A stretch of DNA of 31,651 nt from a virus (taxonomy: Duplodnaviria; Caudoviricetes). Both the position numbers and the translations under genes were made by a program. The stretch lies in the IMG/VR virus record IMGVR_UViG_3300027974_000099, positions 1 to 31,651 of that record; one strand, given 5' to 3'. Below are positions 25,667 to 31,651 of this stretch, piece after piece; the stretch's first letter is position 1, and each line of letters begins with the position of its first letter. Below the pieces are notes generated by a model, which saw only the letters and a program-made list of their open reading frames with translations, ran no database searches and had not been told where the DNA came from.

Positions 25667-27484
25667 TCACGACACGTCGGCCTTGATGCCGGCGAGGTAC
25701 TCGGCCTTGGCAACGCCAACGTCGAAGTAGCCACGCATCTGCACGCCGAGCGTCGAGAAGTCGGCTTCCGCCGTCTCAACGATGGGCGACTGAACGCCGT
25801 TCAAGAACGCCACTTCCATCACCGGCAGATCAGCCGGCGAGGCGAGGAGGTAGTAGTCCTCGGCGCTGGACAGGTAGCTGGTCGAAACGACCTGATACCG
25901 CCCGGCAAGCACGTTCACGTTAGGAGCCGCAGTCGTGTTGCCACTGATCAGGAGCGAGGAGCCCATGATCTCGGCAGCAGCCAACTCGATGTCAGCCGGA
26001 ACGAGCAGAACCCGAGGCTCAACAGCAACCGGGTTGCCGTCCGGGTCTTTCAGCTTGCGGAACATCGTGGCGATAGCCTTGAGGTTCGCGAGCGAGAGAG
26101 CACCGGCAGTCGTCTTCTTGTTGCCACGAGCCGTGGTGAAGAAGCTGGAGTCGTCCTGGAACGCCGCCCAGAACAGATCGTTCAGAGCGAGAGCACCACC
26201 ACGACCGATCCGCTGCGGGGCAGCGGTCAGGGCACCGAGGTCATCGTTGATGAGGTCAGTGCGAGTGACGCTCGTCATGATGCCGTAGGTCTCTGCCGAG
26301 ATCGTCCGGCTCTCATCGCTGAGACCGGCGTTCTTGATCTCGCCGCCGTTGGGAACCTTCTGGAACTTCATGCCGCCGTTGAGCCGGTAGCTCGTCACGG
26401 TCTTGAAGTCGTTGACGCTGCGAACAGACGAGATTGACCGCCACGAGGACTCAACGCCGTTGAAGCCGGCGAGGAGGAACTTGTTGACGGTGCTCGACAG
26501 GATGCCGCTGATGCTGTGGGTCGCCCACGCCGCAGCGAGGATCGGACGCAGCGTCGCAGCAGACACCCGGCGAGGCCCTGTGTAGCCACCTTCCTCGGCA
26601 GCCGAGAGGAGCACTTCGCCAAGGCTGGTCGTCCGCTGAATCTTTGCAGCGGCCTCGAGGGTCTTGGCGTCGTACTGCTTCTCGACGTTCGGCAGGTTGC
26701 CCTGGAGGGCGAACGCTGCCTCGATGACTTCGGGCGTGCGAGCGGTCGGCTGTGCCATGTGGACGGCAGGAGCCGAGGGACGCTCGTCGCGGGTCGCGAT
26801 CAGCTTTTCCATCTGTTCGACTTTCTTGGTGAGAGAAGCAATCACTTCGGCGTGATCGACTTCGGGCTTGGCTTCCACGGCGACACTCGCCGTGGCTTCC
26901 ACCGCAGCCACAACGGGCTCTTCGGTGGGCGTCTGGGTGGCGTGGTCCGCCATAGAAAACTCCTCGTCGGCTTCAGCCGCGATGGCGACGCTGGTCTGCG
27001 AATCAGCGCCAAGGGTTACAAACGAAACCTCTCGCAGAGCAGAGGCTTTGACGATACGAACCGGCCCAACATGGGCGGCTCCGTTGACTTGAGTGACGCC
27101 TTCAGCGTCGATCTTTTGGTGCCGACGCACGTCAGCGCCGACACTTGCTTGGAACTGGTAGCCAGCGGCAGCGAGTGCAGCGACTTGCTCGGCGTTGGGA
27201 TTCTGGGCGAGAATCTCGCCCTCAACGATCAACTGCCCAGCCTCGAAGAACGGGCGACCCTGCCCGAGGATGCTGCCGAGCGTGTAGTCATGCCCGAGCA
27301 CAACCGGCACAGTCGCCGGCAGCTGCATGCCAGCCATGTCAATCACGACCGGCTCACGGCTCCAGCCCTGACGAATCTGAGCGCCGGTATAAGCGACGAT
27401 GCGGAACTTCTTGCCATCCGGTGCCGATTCGCCTTCGGCGGCTTGCAGGAACTCGACGCCAGAATCAAGCTTGATTGCGTTCAT
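25667..27484 (-). CDS. Prohead protease-major capsid protein fusion
   Basis: N-terminal protease (AYTG, VLGHD, ASVG, LREVSFVTLGAD), acidic linker, HK97-fold capsid part (VNDFK, TYG...VTR.DLINDDLGAL, P..LLVP, EVAFLNG...P.VE). Confidence 0.92.
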   Translation of the reverse strand: MNAIKLDSGVEFLQAAEGESAPDGKKFRIVAYTGAQIRQGWSREPVVIDMAGMQLPATVPVVLGHDYTLGSILGQGRPFFEAGQLIVEGEILAQNPNAEQVAALAAAGYQFQASVGADVRRHQKIDAEGVTQVNGAAHVGPVRIVKASALREVSFVTLGADSQTSVAIAAEADEEFSMADHATQTPTEEPVVAAVEATASVAVEAKPEVDHAEVIASLTKKVEQMEKLIATRDERPSAPAVHMAQPTARTPEVIEAAFALQGNLPNVEKQYDAKTLEAAAKIQRTTSLGEVLLSAAEEGGYTGPRRVSAATLRPILAAAWATHSISGILSSTVNKFLLAGFNGVESSWRSISSVRSVNDFKTVTSYRLNGGMKFQKVPNGGEIKNAGLSDESRTISAETYGIMTSVTRTDLINDDLGALTAAPQRIGRGGALALNDLFWAAFQDDSSFFTTARGNKKTTAGALSLANLKAIATMFRKLKDPDGNPVAVEPRVLLVPADIELAAAEIMGSSLLISGNTTAAPNVNVLAGRYQVVSTSYLSSAEDYYLLASPADLPVMEVAFLNGVQSPIVETAEADFSTLGVQMRGYFDVGVAKAEYLAGIKADVS

Positions 27485-28929
27485 GCGTTGTTATCCGGGT
27501 TGCCGTTCTCGTCCATAGTTCCGCCGTAGTTCACTTCAGGCGTAAAATCGACAAACAAGCCAAGCTCATCCATCAGCGCCACCTCGGCGGCACGCTGCCT
27601 CAACTCGACATCCCATTGCTTGCCCTGCTTGGCGTACTCTGCCGCCAGCGTGGTCGTGTGATTTCTGAGCCTTGTCTCGGCAGCGTTGGCTTCCTTGGCA
27701 GGGTCAACGTGCTCTTTGCCGTCCCACTGCCAAGACCAATCCCACTCGGAGAAAGGCGGGACTCCTTGCGGCACGTAGCCAGCGAGCGTGGCTTCATTGA
27801 CCCACGCCTCAAGCAGACGGTCGAGCATCTTGCGCTCAAGATCGTCACGCATGATCTTCTGCGTTGTCGAATAGACCTGATGGTCCATGCGACCGGATGC
27901 GTAGTTGTATGACGACGAGTCCAGCGCAGACACGTTGAATGGAAGCCCGAGACAACGCCCAATTTCTTGGATGAGTTCTCGCTTGAACATCGCGTAAGTC
28001 GATGTCGGCTGCTCTGCCTTCAACTGCTCAAACGTCCAACCGTCTGGCAGCGTGACCATCGTCCGCTTCTCAATCGCCATCTCGGCGAATGCCTCGACTT
28101 CGTCCACCTCTGCGGCTGGCGAGTTCGTGCGAAGGAAGCCAGCGAAGTCGGCGGCAGTCTCGGCAGCAGCACATACCGCTTCGGTGTATCGCCGCAGTTG
28201 CGCGAAGAGCTTGAGCGCCGGCGTCACCTCGGGCATGCCACGGTGCTGACCAGGCCGCAGCGGTCGGAACCAATGCACCATCTGCGCTGCTGGTACGCGC
28301 TGGTACTCAAGAGCGTTGATGCGGAAGTTTGCGCCTGGGTGGTAGTTCAGCACCCGATATGCAACGACGTTGCCGACAGCGTCAAACTCCAGCCCGTCAA
28401 CCGTTGACCCATCAGGCGAAACGCTGGGGCTCACTGGATTGACCGGCTCGCTTACCATCTCGGCTTCAACGAGCCGAATGTCAAGCTGCACGCCCGGCAT
28501 CCGTGGATTGGTAATCATCATGGCGAACGCCTCGCCGTCCACGACCAGAGCCTCACGCATCGTCCGCAGCTTCGACGCAAGGTCGATCTGCCACGACCAG
28601 TCAAAGAAGGCACGCTCAACCATCCGAGCGCTATCGTCGTCGCCGAATTGCAGCTGGAGCCGTGGGCCTGTGCCGACCAAATCATTGGCGAGCGTGGCCG
28701 ACATGCCAGCGAGGTATGAGTTGTTCTGTCTCTCGTAGCGAGCCCGATTCCGCATTGTCCGTCGCTTCTCTGGCGACAGTGCGGTATCAGCTGCGAATGC
28801 GTCAGCGGCTGACCAGTGGCGGTAATCGTCGCCACGCTCGGCGGCGTCAAACTTCGCACGGACACGCACTGGCACCGCCGCAGGCTGCGGCCTGTTCCCA
28901 CGCGAAAACAGGTTGCCAAGCATGCCCAC
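27481..28929 (-). CDS. Portal protein, lambda family
   Basis: RARYE..NN, VGTG, DGEAF, RPGQHRG.P, YNYASGRMD, HVDPAKEANA; start at 28929 (GTG) or 28923 (ATG). Confidence 0.93.
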   Translation of the reverse strand: MGMLGNLFSRGNRPQPAAVPVRVRAKFDAAERGDDYRHWSAADAFAADTALSPEKRRTMRNRARYERQNNSYLAGMSATLANDLVGTGPRLQLQFGDDDSARMVERAFFDWSWQIDLASKLRTMREALVVDGEAFAMMITNPRMPGVQLDIRLVEAEMVSEPVNPVSPSVSPDGSTVDGLEFDAVGNVVAYRVLNYHPGANFRINALEYQRVPAAQMVHWFRPLRPGQHRGMPEVTPALKLFAQLRRYTEAVCAAAETAADFAGFLRTNSPAAEVDEVEAFAEMAIEKRTMVTLPDGWTFEQLKAEQPTSTYAMFKRELIQEIGRCLGLPFNVSALDSSSYNYASGRMDHQVYSTTQKIMRDDLERKMLDRLLEAWVNEATLAGYVPQGVPPFSEWDWSWQWDGKEHVDPAKEANAAETRLRNHTTTLAAEYAKQGKQWDVELRQRAAEVALMDELGLFVDFTPEVNYGGTMDENGNPDNNA

Positions 28930-28930
28930 G

Positions 28931-29134
28931 TTAGATCGTCCCCGGCGGAATAAGCTTGTTGAACCGCAGACCACGCCGCGTGTTGCTGCCGGTGCTCGCA
29001 GCCTTTGCGGCGAGGTACTTGTCCGCCTCAATCATTGAGGCGACGTCCTGTGCCTCGACTTCGCCCGCATCGGTGCGGACTCGCTTTGGACCGGATGCCG
29101 TCTCGGCGATCTTTGCGCGTAGTTCGTCGCTCAT
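28931..29134 (-). CDS. Head completion/adaptor protein (lambda gpW-like)
   Basis: 67 aa directly upstream of a lambda-type portal; helix-hairpin-helix pattern. Confidence 0.7.
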   Translation of the reverse strand: MSDELRAKIAETASGPKRVRTDAGEVEAQDVASMIEADKYLAAKAASTGSNTRRGLRFNKLIPPGTI

Positions 29135-29141
29135 GCGAGCA

Positions 29142-29182
29142 ACGCTATCGCTTGCGTCAAGCAAATCAGACCGGGTATGCCG
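29142..29182 (-). promoter_or_regulatory. Late-promoter-like motif, copy 4
   Basis: CGGCA-TAC-CCGGTCT-GATTT..(20 nt)..TAGCGT-N7-ATG(29134). Confidence 0.7.
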
Positions 29183-29593
29183 TCAGACTTTGACCCAATC
29201 CGCACCTGACCGCTCGTACTCAACAACATTGAGAACGCCAAGCTTTCTGGCAATCGCCGCAGTGGCAGGAGCGAACACCGCCAGCGACTTGTTGCGGTCA
29301 ATCGTCCCGTGAATGACCAGAGACGCAGACAGTGCCAATGCGACGCACGAGACCCGGTGCCGAGGATCGACAAACATTTCCAGCGTCGTCGTATCTCGCC
29401 AGATGTGCGAGCAGGCCCAGCCGACAAGAGCACCGTCGATGTGGCAGACGGCAATCGGCGTGCAGCTGGACGACTCGCCCTCAAGAACGCCAGAGACTTC
29501 CCGGTTGAACTCGCTGTCAGGCTTCGTCAGCCGCGAGCGGATGGCGAACAAGTCACGAGGCTCAAGTCCATCGACGCTGACGACGTTGATCAT
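29183..29593 (-). CDS. GNAT-fold (acetyltransferase-like) protein
   Basis: DGALVGWA beta-hairpin and EMFVDPRHRVSCVALAL resemble GNAT motif A; ATGA overlap with the terminase stop. Confidence 0.55.
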   Translation of the reverse strand: MINVVSVDGLEPRDLFAIRSRLTKPDSEFNREVSGVLEGESSSCTPIAVCHIDGALVGWACSHIWRDTTTLEMFVDPRHRVSCVALALSASLVIHGTIDRNKSLAVFAPATAAIARKLGVLNVVEYERSGADWVKV

Positions 29594-31650
29594 TTCCCGA
29601 GCCTCTTCAGCTGGATGACTTTCCTGCCACTCTCGTTGCTCGGGATTGTTACCTTCTTCCGCTGCCGTCCTCCCGCCTCTGTCGCCGTTGGATGCACACC
29701 CGCGATCGACGCCGCCACCGCAGAGCCAACCAAGCAGTCCCACCAGTGATTCTCTCGCCGGCTGTCCAGCTTCCATTCGTCTACGACCCTGCCCCTCGCC
29801 TCAGTCCTAACCGGGAACTCGCTTGTAAGGTGCTCGCAGAGCATGTCGTGCTCGCCAGCGTGAAGCGTGATTGCCTCGGGATCGCCAAGCGTCAGCCGTA
29901 ACCGAGCCGCGCTGAATGTCTTCCAGTAGTTTGTGTCATACGTGCCATAGCGCTGGTTGGTGGCAGTCTGCCGAATGACCCAGTTCAGCCCTAACTTTTC
30001 GCCGCGCCCCTTCTTCTCTGTGAGCGAGCCGCCCGAGGCACCGATGCCTTTGCCACGAGTCGGCAGCAGACTTGCGGCAAACACAGACCGCCGGCAGAAC
30101 GTCCGCACGACCTCGGTGGACTGTTGCCAGTTCTCGTCGATGCACACCTGACGGACACGCATCGGCACGGAGTCTTCACGCAGCCATTCCTTGCCAAGCA
30201 GGATTTGCGACAATTGTTCAAGGCCAGACGACAACGCACCTTCAAACGCCGCGCCCTTGGCTGCGATGGCAAGAGTCTTCTTGGCGTTCTTGGCTTCAAA
30301 GAACGTGCTTGTCTGGTCTGGGTATGTGCCGTAGGCCACGATGTGACCGCCGAAGGACTCGCCCCACGAACAGACAAGCCAGTACAGAAGATTCTGCTGA
30401 ACGTCGATGAACGCCGTGAGTGTCTGGTGCGACAGCGGCACGACGCCACGCGGCAGCGTCAACGCCCTGGCGGCGAGCGACCGCTTGTCTAGCTTGTCGC
30501 TGGCGATGTCATCCGCCAGCGGTGCGTTCTGGTATTCAGCCATGAACGCTGACTCACCACGGTCAATCCGCAGATTCCATGCGTGCTGTATCGCCGTGAG
30601 TTCGTCGTCGTGTTTCCGCTCGGGCCACGCAACTCGAGAGCCGGCATCCATCGTCGCCTGCTGGCTGGCATAGAACGCATCAGCAGCTGCGGTGCCTTCA
30701 CCGCTACGCTGGCCCTCTCGCCGCATCTCGGCATACTGTCCCCACAACTCATCCGCGGTCGGCCACTCGTAGACAAGCTTGGTGCGTTCGCCCTGCCACG
30801 ATGGATGACGCATCCTGTCGAGCAGCCGGTCAGCCAGGTCGTCAGGACGGATGACCGTGATCGTCGCCAAGCCGGCGATCTTCTTGCCGGGACCGGATAG
30901 CCCGAGGATGGCACCGGCGAGGATGCGCTCACGGGTTGCCACCTGAGAAGGCGACGCACTGCTCTCATCCGTTTGCGGGTCATCTATGAGGCACAGGTCA
31001 GGACGTATCGTCTTTCCGTCCGGTCGAGTGTGACTGACGCCACGGATACGCCCAGTGATGCCAGCGACTCGCACAGCGGCACCAGCAGACGCAGCATTGC
31101 CGATCCACGGCATTGTCACCTTGTCCGCCGTCCATCCCATGTGCGTAGGCTCGCTTTCGCACGTCTGACCACGCACCCGAGCCGTGATGCCCTCCAACGC
31201 ACGTACCGGATAGCACGCCGCCGGGAAGTCCTCGGCAAGAAGGTCGTTCTGCTCTAGGTGACTCTTCAGCGTGTCGAGCATCTGGCACGCTATCGCTTGG
31301 TCGGAGCCGACCAGCATCACGAACGAGCGGTGCCCGTACAGGCAAGCCCAGAGGCACGCCCAGATCGACAGCGTTGACTTGCCAGAGCCACGAGGCATGG
31401 CGAAAGCGAACAACTCGCCACGCAGCACCGCAGCCTCGATCTTGGCGATAGCCGTCAGATGGTCAGCAGACCACGCCAGAGGGAACGACTCAGCGCCGTA
31501 GACCTCGCAGAACTGGCGGAAGGACGACCGGCAAGCGTCCCGGCGTTTGGCGTCCTTGACCGGCGGGATGCTGCCGATGTCGCGACCGGCTGCGGAGGCT
31601 CGACGGTTGCGCTCGCCAGTACGCGACTTGATGTCTTCGTATCGGGCAGC
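29590..31650 (-). CDS. terL: Terminase large subunit (GpA-like), 5' end outside the window
   Basis: Walker A MPRGSGKS, Walker B CLIDDPQ, nuclease TAFIDVQ and RENHWWDC; the frame stays open to the window edge. Confidence 0.93.
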   Translation of the reverse strand, partial: AARYEDIKSRTGERNRRASAAGRDIGSIPPVKDAKRRDACRSSFRQFCEVYGAESFPLAWSADHLTAIAKIEAAVLRGELFAFAMPRGSGKSTLSIWACLWACLYGHRSFVMLVGSDQAIACQMLDTLKSHLEQNDLLAEDFPAACYPVRALEGITARVRGQTCESEPTHMGWTADKVTMPWIGNAASAGAAVRVAGITGRIRGVSHTRPDGKTIRPDLCLIDDPQTDESSASPSQVATRERILAGAILGLSGPGKKIAGLATITVIRPDDLADRLLDRMRHPSWQGERTKLVYEWPTADELWGQYAEMRREGQRSGEGTAAADAFYASQQATMDAGSRVAWPERKHDDELTAIQHAWNLRIDRGESAFMAEYQNAPLADDIASDKLDKRSLAARALTLPRGVVPLSHQTLTAFIDVQQNLLYWLVCSWGESFGGHIVAYGTYPDQTSTFFEAKNAKKTLAIAAKGAAFEGALSSGLEQLSQILLGKEWLREDSVPMRVRQVCIDENWQQSTEVVRTFCRRSVFAASLLPTRGKGIGASGGSLTEKKGRGEKLGLNWVIRQTATNQRYGTYDTNYWKTFSAARLRLTLGDPEAITLHAGEHDMLCEHLTSEFPVRTEARGRVVDEWKLDSRRENHWWDCLVGSAVAASIAGVHPTATEAGGRQRKKVTIPSNESGRKVIQLKRLGK

Positions 31651-31651
31651 G

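Noticed and set aside
26322-26328. Additional AGACCGG match inside the capsid gene
   Set aside because: Intragenic, lacks the CGGCA half and a correctly spaced TANNNT; likely chance.
2564-30900. Many long plus-strand ORFs (e.g. 16815..17975, 25571..26437, 26516..27529, 23796..24536)
   Set aside because: They lie antisense to well-supported structural genes, as expected from high-GC codon bias, and show no protein-like motifs.

Overview
This window is about 31.6 kb of a temperate siphovirus-type dsDNA phage or prophage with high GC content. A Planctomycetota host is my inference from the gene repertoire and was not tested. The left end has a divergent excisionase-like HTH gene (missing from the ORF track) and a tyrosine integrase; a tRNA-Ser-like 3' end between them is a candidate att core. 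Nearly all other genes are on the minus strand. Read right to left, they are: terminase large subunit (truncated), GNAT-like gene, gpW-like adaptor, lambda-type portal, fused prohead protease/major capsid protein, DUF2190 cement protein, and head-closure protein with an extra domain. A 7 kb fibre/appendage cassette follows (collagen, propeller/Ig, LamG, Gly-rich, sulfotransferase). Then come tail terminator and completion proteins, three tandem mini tail-tube paralogs, a G/GT-type chaperone, tape measure, tail-tip genes, a metallophosphoesterase/DUF6378 block, and a membrane-protein cluster built around a papain-like protease. The most notable observations are: (1) a repeated late-promoter-like motif CGGCA-N3-CCGGTCT-N20-TANNNT at the heads of four modules, partly with leaderless starts; (2) a possible protease-based lysis module with no recognisable muralytic endolysin; (3) a neck-anchored chained fibre system ending in a sulfotransferase; (4) an ATT start codon; (5) triplicated tail-tube genes. 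All family calls come from motif recognition by eye; no searches were run.
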